From Epithemia pelagica (lineage: Eukaryota > Protista > Bacillariophyta), in contig OX337233.1 of the NCBI GenBank assembly GCA_946965045.2, positions 372,001-436,000 on the forward strand: a DNA stretch of 64,000 bases, in the 5' to 3' direction. The position numbers and the translations under genes were made by a program. The notes below the pieces were generated by a model. It was not told the DNA's origin. It did no database searches and worked only from the letters and a program-made list of their open reading frames with translations. Below are positions 33,986 to 44,854 of the stretch, one piece after another. The number at the start of each line of letters is the position of its first letter. Position 1 is the first letter of the stretch.

Positions 33986-35557
33986 ATGATTGCATCACTC
34001 CTTCAAAACACCTTGCTCGCCGCTTCTCTGTTCTCATCGGCCATTGCCGCAGGCGACCATGCTCTGACCGCGTCCCGAGCATTGGGCGCGGCCGAATTCA
34101 GCTGTCCCACTACGGATGAGGAAGGTCGTGGATTGCGAGCCCGCTATGTGCCTCCTCCCAAGGGAAAAGGAAAAGGCAAGGGCGACTACTACAAGAAGGG
34201 CAAGAAGGACAAGAGCAAGGACGATGATGATGGCAAAAAGGGCAAAAAGCAGAAAAAGCAACCCAAGTGCCTCACGATTGGCGAATTGTTTGAAAGCTCG
34301 GAGGATTTCACCACGCTGGTGGAGACACTCAAGTTTGTTGACTTTTGGGAAGCGGTGAATGATCCAGAAGTCGAGCTGACAATTTTCGCTCCCACCAACG
34401 ATGCCTTTGCGGGTGCTCCAGAAGGCACCATCGGCTTGAACACATTGTCGCGCGTTTTGTCCTATCATACTGTGGACTACAAGGTCACGTCCAGTGATTT
34501 GTTTGGAGCGGGTGCTTCTACCATAACCATCCCTACTGCCTTCGACGACAACACCTTTGATGTTGTGATCAAGGGACATGATATCTTTATTCAAGGTGAC
34601 GCCAATGATGTGGAGGATCTCCCTCAAGTGATTGCCGCAGATCTTTATGCGTGTAATGGAGTGGTGCATGTGGTGGACCAGGTGATTCTCCCCAAGCTGG
34701 TTCTTCCCACCATTTTGGAACTCTGCCAAGATTGCTCTAACACCATGGTGTCCCTTTTGGAACTGACGGAGTTGGATGCCGTCGTGGACGATCCGGATGC
34801 TTCCTTGACCCTCTTTGTGCCCATCGAAGACGCCTTTGGTCAATTGGATCCGGAATTTCTCGGCTACTTGGTAAACAACACAGATGTCTTGAGTTTGATT
34901 CTCAAGTTCCATGTTGTCGGCAAGTTCTTGGCCGCAGAAGACTTGGTCGCCCATCCGCCCCCGACAGTCGAAACCTTGGCCGAACAAGAGATTTCTCCCG
35001 AATTTGATGGCACAGACTTGTTCTTGTCCGGGTTCAACAATGACCCGGCCAATCTTCCCATCCTGGTAGGCGCCGACTACCTTGCCTCGAATGGTAATGT
35101 CCTTTTTATCGACAAGGTATTGGTCCCCAAGTTGCCCGTGGGTGGAACAGCCGCGCTCAAGGGACTCAGCTTGTTCAATACCGCCTTGGCCGTGGCTGGG
35201 TTGACCGAGACCTTTAATTCCTTGACGGACAGCTTTACCATCCTGGCGCCCACCGACGACGCCTTTTTGGCCTTGGGGGATACCTTGACAGAGGTCCTCG
35301 CCGATGTGGATACCTTGACGACCATTTTAGCCACGCACGTCATTCCCGGTCCAGGTCTCCAGAGTCCGGCCGTGTTGGAATTGACCGAGATTACTAGTAC
35401 CTTGTCGGGCATTCCTTTGACGGTCACGGTTCGCGACACGGGTCTCTTTATTGCCGGCCCGGGCAATGCGGGAGATGGAGCCAAGGTGATTGGTGCCGAT
35501 ATGGAAGCCTTGCCGGACAGTATCATTCATGTGATTGATACAATTCTCTTGCCATGA
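33986..35557 (+). CDS. FAS1-e: chimeric secreted fasciclin (523 aa), FAS1-c leader on a FAS1-f body
   Basis: N-terminus identical to FAS1-c up to YVPPP, then KGKGKGDYYKKGKK and 3 FAS1 domains close to FAS1-f. Confidence 0.92.
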   Translation: MIASLLQNTLLAASLFSSAIAAGDHALTASRALGAAEFSCPTTDEEGRGLRARYVPPPKGKGKGKGDYYKKGKKDKSKDDDDGKKGKKQKKQPKCLTIGELFESSEDFTTLVETLKFVDFWEAVNDPEVELTIFAPTNDAFAGAPEGTIGLNTLSRVLSYHTVDYKVTSSDLFGAGASTITIPTAFDDNTFDVVIKGHDIFIQGDANDVEDLPQVIAADLYACNGVVHVVDQVILPKLVLPTILELCQDCSNTMVSLLELTELDAVVDDPDASLTLFVPIEDAFGQLDPEFLGYLVNNTDVLSLILKFHVVGKFLAAEDLVAHPPPTVETLAEQEISPEFDGTDLFLSGFNNDPANLPILVGADYLASNGNVLFIDKVLVPKLPVGGTAALKGLSLFNTALAVAGLTETFNSLTDSFTILAPTDDAFLALGDTLTEVLADVDTLTTILATHVIPGPGLQSPAVLELTEITSTLSGIPLTVTVRDTGLFIAGPGNAGDGAKVIGADMEALPDSIIHVIDTILLP

Positions 35558-37001
35558 GCCTAACAACTCAGAAAAAAAGATGCTGCCTAGCTAAAAAATA
35601 ATGATGAACAAAGAAACGAATCGGCTCCATAGCAGTTTGTGTGGATTCCATGCTGTTGTAAAAAGTGGGGAGCCGGTCGCTCAACTACCTAGTACATAAA
35701 ATGTCTCTACAACACCATTCCTGATGGACCTGCACGACGACTTGTGTATATCATACGAGGCACTCGTACCGACTTTCGACACGACTTGAGGTCGCTGTCG
35801 ACTACTACCAAGGTCACTCGAGGTTGTCCTGGTGCCTACTACGCAAGGACGAGACGTTATGGGTTTTGTGGAGACCCATCGTGCCGATTTTACTTTGTGC
35901 GGCCCACCCTTATCCGTATTCTGTATCATCCTGAGTGTGTGTCGTCATTCTGGATACTGTCCTGCTCTTGTTTGTTGTGAGCATGCCAAACATCAGAGGA
36001 AGGAACCAAAGCGATGAGGTGGACCTGTATTCCGACGCTATCGTACGGCGAGAATGGACCGAATGGGTCATTACTCGACCGCATAGCCATGCTAGTGTTG
36101 GTCGCTGACGGATGCTGGACAGACGTCGATGGACTTGGGGTCTGTTCACTGTACGAAGGGCCAGCTCCTACCTGTCCCTACCACTTTCAACTGATTTCAC
36201 GACTACCTGTAGGTACTGTTTTTCCCCCAGTACGCCGGACGACCGTCCCACCAACCGCATTCGCCTCGCTCAGCACTTGGGAACCGGGCATCTGCTCGCA
36301 CTTCTCTCTAGCTAGTAAATAGTAGAGTCGTATTCGAATGTCTATTCGTACACTGACTGGTCGTAGGATGGCCCCACAACTACTGCTGCTGCCTGTAGGA
36401 ATCGTACGTGGCGTTGGGAAGGACTGATAGTAATTATTTTTTGCGTTCCAGGACGCCGTGCGGTGGCGTCTCGTTTTTTGGCAAACGAACGAAGCTACCT
36501 ACCAACCTATTGTACTTGTCGTACCAACAAACAACGCACCTACCACAGTGAGTGAGTAGTCAAGGGAGGCGAAACAATCCCGGTTCACCCCTCAACACAC
36601 ATAAACACACATACACAATCTCTCTCCCAGAACACGACGAGAATCCATTGATTTTTCACCCTTTTGTTGTTTCATTCGCCTTGATCCACAAGATTGAAGC
36701 AGCAACCCCGCCTCTCAAACTACTCAAACGAGGCACTCCTATATCTAGAAGGACAGAGAAGGACGAGACTGTTGTGTGTTTGGACTCAAACGTTGTTTCA
36801 GAGCCACACAACAATTGTACCAGAAACAATTCGATCCACCACAATCATCAACAAGCACTCACACAATACTCTGCTTGTCGTGGAACCACCACCGACCAGA
36901 GCAGCACCAGCACCAGTAGCACCATTGTCCCCCTATTCTTCTTCTCCCCCAACAACAAAAACCGGACCCCAACAACACCGTTGAGTCAAGCAGCCGCCAG
37001 C

Positions 37002-39206
37002 ATGATGACCGCAACAGCAACAGCCAACTGCGAGCAACCAGCACCAGAACCGGACCCATCCGACACTCTTGAAAATGACAAGGTCGCCGACACTTGTTTG
37101 CAACGACCGCATTTGGTCAAGCGCAAATCGGCACCCGCCGGCTTGCGATGGAATCCCCTGGGACAACAAGACGACGAAGACCCGACCGAACTCAATTACG
37201 AGGATTATTTGGACGACGAGGACGATACCACAACCAATCATTGGGACGATCCCATTGTCTTGACGCCCATCTTGACCATGCCGTTGAGCAGCAGCAACAA
37301 CAACAAGAACAACCAACAGAACCCTCGCACTACCACCTACAACCATTCCAAACAAGCCTACAATCCCCATGATCAGTATTCCAACAACAACATGAGCCAT
37401 TCTACTACCACCTCTCCAACAGTCATAACCAAACCATGGTCGGAACACGACGACAAGTCGCCGACTGGCAAACACAACATGACCGAGGGTTGTGATTCCA
37501 CGATTACCACGACGGCATCGTCCAGTTCCCATAACTCTACCAATACTACCTCGGCTACCCGTTCGTCGTCTTTAGTGGTGTCCCCGACGCAATCTACTGC
37601 TGCTACCAGTGCTACCACACCCTCCAGTCCTACGCCGAATACGATTCGGACCACCACCCCACCAACGACGACTACTACGACGACTACTACGACTGGCAAT
37701 TCCAAGAATAGTAACTTGGACTATTTGCAACACACCATTCAAGAGCAACAAGACGCTTGCCGCAGTTTGCAACAAGGCGTGCAAGTCCATTTGGATCGGG
37801 CCGTGGCCCGCTATCAGGCCCACAATACGGTTGGGGCCTGTTTGGCTTGGAAACGCATGCATCAATTGCAACGCGAACATGAGCACTTGACCAAGGCCGT
37901 GTCCTATTTGCATCAATTGCTAGTACAGCAACAAGAACAACAAGCACAAGCACAAGCACAGCAACAATTGAAACTGCAACAAGAGCAACAAGAACAACCA
38001 CAAGCACCACAAGTTTCGGCCATCAACTCTCCGCTTCGCAAAGTGTCGTCTCGCGGTGGATTATTGTCGAGTCGGGGAACCAAACAGGGCTGGTCATCAC
38101 GAGGCCGGTTGCGTCGCTTTCATCATTCCGACAGTAGTACCAAGGATGCGGGATATCATTCCGATGGCAATGCTCCCACCCATGATGATGATGATGATGA
38201 TGATGATGAGGACGAAGACGATGACGTGGAGTACGAGTTGGAGGAGGAAGAAGAAGACACCAAAGATCACAGTCTTGACATGAATCCCTTGCTCCTATCC
38301 CCCGTCAAGGCTCCTCGAGGATTATGGCAAGCTGCTGCCAGTACGACGAGTCAGAGGCAACAGTCCTCCTCCAAGAGTCACAGCAGTCACTTTGCCTCCC
38401 TGCCCTCGTTGGAAGGATTGTATCAATTGGATGTTCCCTTGGCCAACACCACCACCAAGACAAGAACGACAGCAGCAAGTCCACCCGCATCCCCGACCGC
38501 TCACCACCACAAGGCATCGTCGTCGAAACAACAAGGACGGCAATTCTTGGGCAAACTCATTGCTCGTCGTTCGCAATTGGGGGGATTGGATTTGGCCACC
38601 ACGCCCGCAACGACTTGTACCACACGGCCATGGGACGAATCCACGCAACGACGCCGACAACGGCGACGTCAACGACGTCGCCAACAACGACACGAACAAC
38701 GAGAACGACACGAACAAGTGGTACGGCAATTGCAGCAAGGGCAACCATTGTCGCCCGCACAAGCGGCCACGGACGAATCACTACCTCAGTCTCCCACCAC
38801 CAAACAACCACCATCCGGACGACGACGCTTGCGAGGGACAGGTGGAGGCAGTAGTCGTCGGACACAGAGTCCCGGACCCTCGTCGTCCTTGTCCTTTTTG
38901 CGATTGGACGTGTCCCATCGCAACCATGACAACGACCAAGTTGCAATGACCGAGTCTCATTCCTCTTGTCAGCAACAAGAAGAACAAGCACAACAAGAAC
39001 GAGTGTGGTTGCAAGAACAAATTGACATGATTTTGAATACCCACATTCAAGACGAACCCGAAACTCTCTCCCACAGCAACAACAACAGCAGCAGCAACAG
39101 CAAGTCTCGATCCGTCCCATCCGAACAAGAGGCCATTCTGCAAGAATTGGCCGCCTTCGTGGCCCAGCAAACCGCAACCGCAACCACAACCGATGCGGAC
39201 ACTTAA
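37002..39206 (+). CDS. Q/T/S/D-rich disordered protein with central coiled coil, copy A (734 aa)
   Basis: Long ORF conserved with the paralogue at 50375. Start placed at the shared MMTATATANCEQP. Confidence 0.8.
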   Translation: MMTATATANCEQPAPEPDPSDTLENDKVADTCLQRPHLVKRKSAPAGLRWNPLGQQDDEDPTELNYEDYLDDEDDTTTNHWDDPIVLTPILTMPLSSSNNNKNNQQNPRTTTYNHSKQAYNPHDQYSNNNMSHSTTTSPTVITKPWSEHDDKSPTGKHNMTEGCDSTITTTASSSSHNSTNTTSATRSSSLVVSPTQSTAATSATTPSSPTPNTIRTTTPPTTTTTTTTTTGNSKNSNLDYLQHTIQEQQDACRSLQQGVQVHLDRAVARYQAHNTVGACLAWKRMHQLQREHEHLTKAVSYLHQLLVQQQEQQAQAQAQQQLKLQQEQQEQPQAPQVSAINSPLRKVSSRGGLLSSRGTKQGWSSRGRLRRFHHSDSSTKDAGYHSDGNAPTHDDDDDDDDEDEDDDVEYELEEEEEDTKDHSLDMNPLLLSPVKAPRGLWQAAASTTSQRQQSSSKSHSSHFASLPSLEGLYQLDVPLANTTTKTRTTAASPPASPTAHHHKASSSKQQGRQFLGKLIARRSQLGGLDLATTPATTCTTRPWDESTQRRRQRRRQRRRQQRHEQRERHEQVVRQLQQGQPLSPAQAATDESLPQSPTTKQPPSGRRRLRGTGGGSSRRTQSPGPSSSLSFLRLDVSHRNHDNDQVAMTESHSSCQQQEEQAQQERVWLQEQIDMILNTHIQDEPETLSHSNNNSSSNSKSRSVPSEQEAILQELAAFVAQQTATATTTDADT

Positions 39207-39768
39207 ACACCTACTACCACTGTCATGACGAAGGACAGGACCACCAGCAACATGAGTAGCATGCCCCCGATTCCGGCCTTGTGACGGACGACAACCCCCA
39301 TGACTGACTTTCTACTAGTACTACCTAGTAAAAGAGACACCAGAGATGGACAGGACGTTGGCCGGGGGTAAGTATTCGGGAAGAAAGCACATACGAGCCA
39401 TAGTACAATCAATCTATCTAGAACAAGACCAACAAGACCAACAACAACAAATATAAGATACAGTCTCGACTTGTTCCGTCCAGAATAGTGAACAAAAGGG
39501 CCATAGATCGCCCAGTTTCTCTAGGACACCGCATTCCTTCCAGAACATATCAATATTCCCATAATACAGAGATGTTATCATTGTCGTGCGAGGAGGAATC
39601 AAGAGAGATGTAAACTAGGTAAGTACGAGTAGTACGAGTAGGTACGTTTGGTGTAGAAGAAACAGAGTACGTATTCAAGAAGAACAGAGTAATCATCTTG
39701 CGCTATACTCAAGCAGTTTTACAGACACATTTGTCGACCCCCAAAAGCCACAAGAAGGTAGATGTGTA

Positions 39769-41933
39769 ACTTGGTTGGGCGTGCATCCTCTAATCCGTTC
39801 CTCGACACCTCCATGTATGAGGTAGAGTTTCAAGACGGACATGTGGAATCTTATGCAGCCAACTTGATAGCGGAAAATATCTACGAGCAATTAGACGATG
39901 AAGGAAACAAATATCGTCTCATCGATCAAATCATAGATCACAAGAAAGATCCATCGGCGATTCTCTTATCCAATGGCACTTAAATGCTAAATGGAAGGGA
40001 ACACAAGAAACGTACGACGAGAGGATGGTCATTCTGTGTGCAGTGGCGTGACGGTACAACCAGCTGGGAGTACCTAAAGGATTTGAAGGAATCAAACCCT
40101 CTGGAAGTAGCAGAATACGTAGTGGCAAACTTGCTCGATAAAGAGCCAGCTTTCGCATGGTGGGTCAATTTTGCTCTAAAGCGACGGGATCGATTGATTA
40201 AGGCAGCCAAGACAACGCGATATATGCGAAAATGGCAGAAGTATGGGATCAAAATCCCTAAGACAGTCGAACGGGCGTTGGAAATCGATAAGGAGACAGG
40301 GACTGATTTCTGGGCTAAAGCCCTCCGTCTGGAAATGTTGAAAATTTTCCCGGCCGTCAAGATATTAGATGAAGGTGCTCAACACCCAGTTGGGCATCAG
40401 ATGATTCCATGCCACATCGTTTTCGATGTGAAAATGGATTTCACAAGGAAAGCGCGCTTCGTGGCAGGCGGCCATAAGACTCAAGAACCAGAGACCCCAA
40501 CGTACGCTAGCGTGGTATCAAGGGAAAGCGTCAGAATTGGGTTTCTCTTAGCTGCTTTGAATGATATCGAAGTAATTGCCGCCGATATTGCTGGTGCTTA
40601 CCTTAATGCGCCGTGCCATGAGAAGATGTGTTTCAAGTGCGGATTGGAATTTGGAAAGGAATATGAAGGACGGTTCGCAATAATCACCAAAGCCCTTTAT
40701 GGCCTCAAGACTAGTGCCTTTGCTTGGCGAGAGCACCTATCAACTACCTTACAAGAGTCCCTCGGGTTTAGCCCTTGCCGGGCTGACCCAGATGTTTATC
40801 TAAGGGCAGCGACAAAACTGGATGGCACAAGGTACTACGAGATGGTCTTCATTTATATAGACGATGTGCTCGTACTATCAAACCAAGGGAAAGAGATTCT
40901 TAACATGCTTGACCAGCATTATCTGCTAAAGCCGGATTCCATTGGACCACCGAAATTGTATCTTGGAAACCAAGTCGAGACCTTCGACATTGAAGGGGAT
41001 ACTTCAAAGAGGTGCTGGGCTTTAAGCTCAAGACGGTATGCCAAGGAAGCCATCAGAAATGTCCAAAATTGGATGGAGTCAAGAGGAATGCAATTCAAAA
41101 CGAGAACAGCAGGTGTTCTTCCAGCAAACTATCGTCCAGAGCTTGACACGATTGCTTATTGTGATCATGATTGGATGAATTTCTTTCAGCAACAAATGGG
41201 AGTGTTGAGATGGTTAGTCGAGTTGGGCCGTATTGACATTACGGCTGAAGTATCGATGTTAGCGGCATTTTTGGCTGGACCAAGGGAAGGACACGTACAT
41301 GCGATGCTACATATTTTCGCGTATATTAATACGCATGATCGTTCGAGGTTGGTCCTTGACCCCAGTTACATCACACATGGGGAAGAACCAAACGCAGACT
41401 GGAATTCTTTTTACCCCGATGCAAAGGAGGAGATTCCACCAGACTGCCCAGAACCACTGGGTAAATCTGTGCAAATGACAGCATTTGTCGATTCTGACCA
41501 TGCTGGTGATTTAGTGACAAGGAGATCAAGAACAGGTATATTGATCTTCTTAAACAGGGCACCTGTAAATTGGTACAGTAAGAAGCAGACCAGTGTGGAG
41601 ACATCCACTTTTGGGTCTGAGTTCATGGCCCTTAAAGTCGGCATTGAGATGATCAAAGGTTTAAGGTACAAGTTGAGGATGATGGGTGTTCCCCTAGAAG
41701 TGCATACACATGTCCGAGTGGACAACACGTCTGTGGTGCAGAATAGTTCGAAACCATCTTCGACACTGCGAAAGAAATCGAATGCAATTGCGTATCATTT
41801 TGTCCGTGAGAACGTTGCTAACGGAACATGTCGCATTGCTTATGAACCATCACGTACTAACCTTGCCGACCTTTTGACAAACATCCAATCAGGAAGTGAG
41901 AGGACAAGGTTGGCCTCTTTGATCCTATATTAG
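39769..41933 (+). pseudogene. pol: Copia pol remnant: chromo-like region, RT, RNase H; in-frame TAA at 39981-39983
   Basis: FTRKARFVAGGH, ALYGLK, YIDDVL, FVDSDHAGDLVTRRSRTG, ETSTFGSEF, NLADLLT. gag, protease and integrase core are absent. Confidence 0.92.
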
Positions 41934-42168
41934 TGCGTTTCCCACTGTATTGATTGCAGGGTTGGGTACGTCCTGTACTTGTTATGGAGCAAGCTTTAAA
42001 CAGGTTGAGGAGGAATGAGATATACTTGGACACGATTACCCTATCAAATGGCCAGTGAATCGCGAGGGGACCGAGAAATGGTCGCGGTTATGGTCGAGAA
42101 TTTAGCGAAGGATAGGCCCACTAGGATAGAGGAATGTAATAGTCACTCTTTTAAAATATGACCCAACA
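39769..42168 (+). mobile_element. 5'-truncated Ty1/copia (CoDi-like) retrotransposon with 3' LTR at 42016-42168
   Basis: pol fragment, purine tract GAGGAGGAA, then a 153-bp TG..CA block. The 5' end abuts the duplication breakpoint. Confidence 0.9.
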
Positions 42169-42979
42169 TCATGACCGAATTTTGGAAACGCCTCGACAGA
42201 ATTTGGCAGCAACGGAGATATCAACGGCAAGAAAACCCAAAGGGAGAAGCAAGAAACTCTCTATGTGAGATCGTGACAACAAGTCACAGGGCGCACCCTG
42301 GTCCGTTCACCATGAGGCGCTGCTTAGGAAAGCAACCGATTTTGTGTTTTGAATTGTCCGTTGCTCCAACTGCTGTACTGCAATTTATGGGCGAGAATTT
42401 AGCGAAGGATAGGCCCTCTAGGATAGAGGAATGTAATAGTCACTCTTTTAAAATATGACCCAACATCATGACCGAATTTTGGAAACGCCTCGACAGAATT
42501 TGGCAGCAACGGAGATATCAACGGCAAGAAAACCCAAAGGGAGAAGCAAGAAACTCTCTATGTGAGATCGTGACAACAAGTCACAGGGCGCACCCTGGTC
42601 CGTTCACCATGAGGCGCTGCTTAGGAAAGCAACCGATTTTGTGTTTTGAATTGTCCGTTGCTCCAACTGCTGTACTGCAATTTATGGGCGAGAATTTAAC
42701 GAAGGATAGGCCCTCTAGGATAGAGGAATGTAATAGTCACTCTTTTAAAATATGACCCAACATCATGACCGAATTTTGGAAACGCCTCGACAGAATTTGG
42801 CAGCAACGGAGATATCAACGGCAAGAAAACCCAAAGGGAGAAGCAAGCAACTCTCTATGTGAGATCGTGACAACAAGTCACAGGGCGCACCCTGGTCCGT
42901 TCACCATGAGGCGCTGCTTAGGAAAGCAACCGATTTTGTGTTTTGAATTGTCCGTTGCTCCAACTGCTGTACTGCAATT
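42088..42979. repeat. 297-bp tandem triplication spanning the LTR end and host flank
   Basis: CGAGAATTT at 42095, 42392 and 42689. Each unit is the last ~80 bp of the LTR plus ~217 bp of FAS1-f upstream DNA. Confidence 0.95.
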
Positions 42980-43165
42980 AGAGGAAACGAGCAAGGAGTC
43001 TCACAATTTTGGCACGACCTCTCCAGATTTTTGTCGGAATCTCAATAACAACGGGAGAAACGTCAGTCTCCACAATATGCTGATGCAGAACGGCAGTCAA
43101 ATCCAAGAACCAACAGAAAGGCTCATTGATCCGGTTTGTGGACTTTTGTCAAGAAAATCATCAAC

Positions 43166-44854
43166 ATGAAGTTCAGCTTTGGTATTGCAACCTTGTCGAC
43201 AGTTTTGCTGCTTCTCTGCCATGGGATCAGTGTGGCACAAGAAACTACCGTGACGGAGAATGGGCCTCATCGCAGAGCTTCCACAAGTGCCATGTTCATG
43301 TGCCCTGAAGATGATCACTATCGTCGTCATCACCGTGAGCTTGGCAAAAAAGACAGTTATGGAAAGGGGAAGAAGGATGATTCGTATTACAGCAAGGGCA
43401 AAGGAAAGGGCAAGGGCGACTATTACAAGAAGGGCAAGAAGGACAAGAGCAAGGATGACGATGATGGCAAAAAGGGCAAAAAGCAGAAAAAGCAACCCAA
43501 GTGTCTGACTATTGGTGAAATAGCCGAGAGTTCGGAGGACTTTACCACCTTGGTGGAGGCACTCAAGGCGGTTGACTTGTGGGAAGATGTCAATGATCCA
43601 GAAGCCGAGCTGACCATTTTCGCTCCCACCAACAATGCCTTTGCGGATGCTCCAGAGGGTACCATCGACTTGAACACATTGTTGACCGTTTTGTTGTATC
43701 ACGCAGTGGATTGCAAGGTCACGTCCAGTGATTTGCTTGGAGCGGGTGCTTCTACCATTACCGTCCCTACTAAAAACGACGACAATACCTTTGATGTTGT
43801 GATCAAGGGACATGATATCTTTATTCAAGGCGACGCCAATGATGTGGAGGATCTCCCTCAAGTGATTGCCGCAGATCTTTATGCCTGTAATGGAGTCGTT
43901 CACGTGGTGGACAAGATCATTTTGCCCGTGTTGGACGAGGAGCCTCCGGTACCGACCGATCCTCCCATTGTGCTGGTTCCTCCCACCATTTTGGGACTCG
44001 TCCAAGAAAATGGCTTTGACACCTTGGTGTCCCTTTTGGAACTGACGGAGTTGGATGCCGCCGTGGACGATCCGGATGCTTCCTTGACTGTCTTTGCGCC
44101 CACCGAAGACGCCTTTGGTCAATTGGCTCCGGAATTTGTCTACTATTTGGTAAACAACATAGATGTCTTGAGTTTGATTCTCAAGTTCCATGTCGTCGGC
44201 AAGGTCTTGACGGCACAAGACTTGGTCGCCCATCCGCCCCCGACAGTCGAAACCTTGGCCGAACAAGACATTACCCCCGAATTTGATGGCACCGCCTTGT
44301 TCTTGTCCGGGTTCAACAATGACCCGGCCAATCTTCCCATGGTGGAAAAACAATTGGTGTATCTCGATGCTTATGCCTCGAATGGTATTGTCCATGTCAT
44401 CAACAAGGTATTGGTCCCCAAGCTGCCCGTGGGTGGAACAGCCGCGCTCAAGGGACTCACCCTGTTCAATTTTGCCTTGGCCGTGTCTGGGTTGAAAGAG
44501 ACCTTTAATTCCTTGACGGACAGCTTTACCATCCTGGCGCCCACCGACGACGCCTTTATGGCCTTGGGGGATACCTTGACAGAGGTCCTCGCCGATGTGG
44601 ATACCTTGACGACCATTTTGGCCACGCACGTCATTCCCGGTCCAGGTCTCCAGAGTCCGGTCGTGTCGGAATTGACCGAGATTACTAGTACCTTGTCGGG
44701 CATTCCTTTGACGGTCACGGTTCGCGATACCGGTCTCTTTATTGCCGGCCCGGGCAATGCGGGAGATGGAGCCAAGGTGATTGGTGCCGATATGGAAGCC
44801 TTGCCGGACAGTATCATTCATATCATTGATACAGTTCTCTTGCCAGGAGCCTAA
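43166..44854 (+). CDS. FAS1-f: secreted fasciclin with RXL motif, K/G/Y-rich segment and 3 FAS1 domains (562 aa)
   Basis: MKFSFGIATLSTVLLLLCHGISVA signal peptide; RRHHREL; KKDSYGKGKKDDSYYSKGKGKGKGDYYKKGKK. Confidence 0.93.
   Translation: MKFSFGIATLSTVLLLLCHGISVAQETTVTENGPHRRASTSAMFMCPEDDHYRRHHRELGKKDSYGKGKKDDSYYSKGKGKGKGDYYKKGKKDKSKDDDDGKKGKKQKKQPKCLTIGEIAESSEDFTTLVEALKAVDLWEDVNDPEAELTIFAPTNNAFADAPEGTIDLNTLLTVLLYHAVDCKVTSSDLLGAGASTITVPTKNDDNTFDVVIKGHDIFIQGDANDVEDLPQVIAADLYACNGVVHVVDKIILPVLDEEPPVPTDPPIVLVPPTILGLVQENGFDTLVSLLELTELDAAVDDPDASLTVFAPTEDAFGQLAPEFVYYLVNNIDVLSLILKFHVVGKVLTAQDLVAHPPPTVETLAEQDITPEFDGTALFLSGFNNDPANLPMVEKQLVYLDAYASNGIVHVINKVLVPKLPVGGTAALKGLTLFNFALAVSGLKETFNSLTDSFTILAPTDDAFMALGDTLTEVLADVDTLTTILATHVIPGPGLQSPVVSELTEITSTLSGIPLTVTVRDTGLFIAGPGNAGDGAKVIGADMEALPDSIIHIIDTVLLPGA

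Noticed and set aside
36552-37001. N-terminal extensions given by the ORF track (also 7228, 25833, 29534, 33890, 50069, 59358)
   Set aside because: They start at GTG/TTG. The homologous extensions in copies A and B are in different frames, so they are probably 5' UTR.
42171-43169. Three repeated 95-134 aa ORFs (MTEFWKRLDR..) as a peptide gene family; likewise 32588-33056
   Set aside because: They are translations of the tandem repeats and cross the LTR/flank junction.
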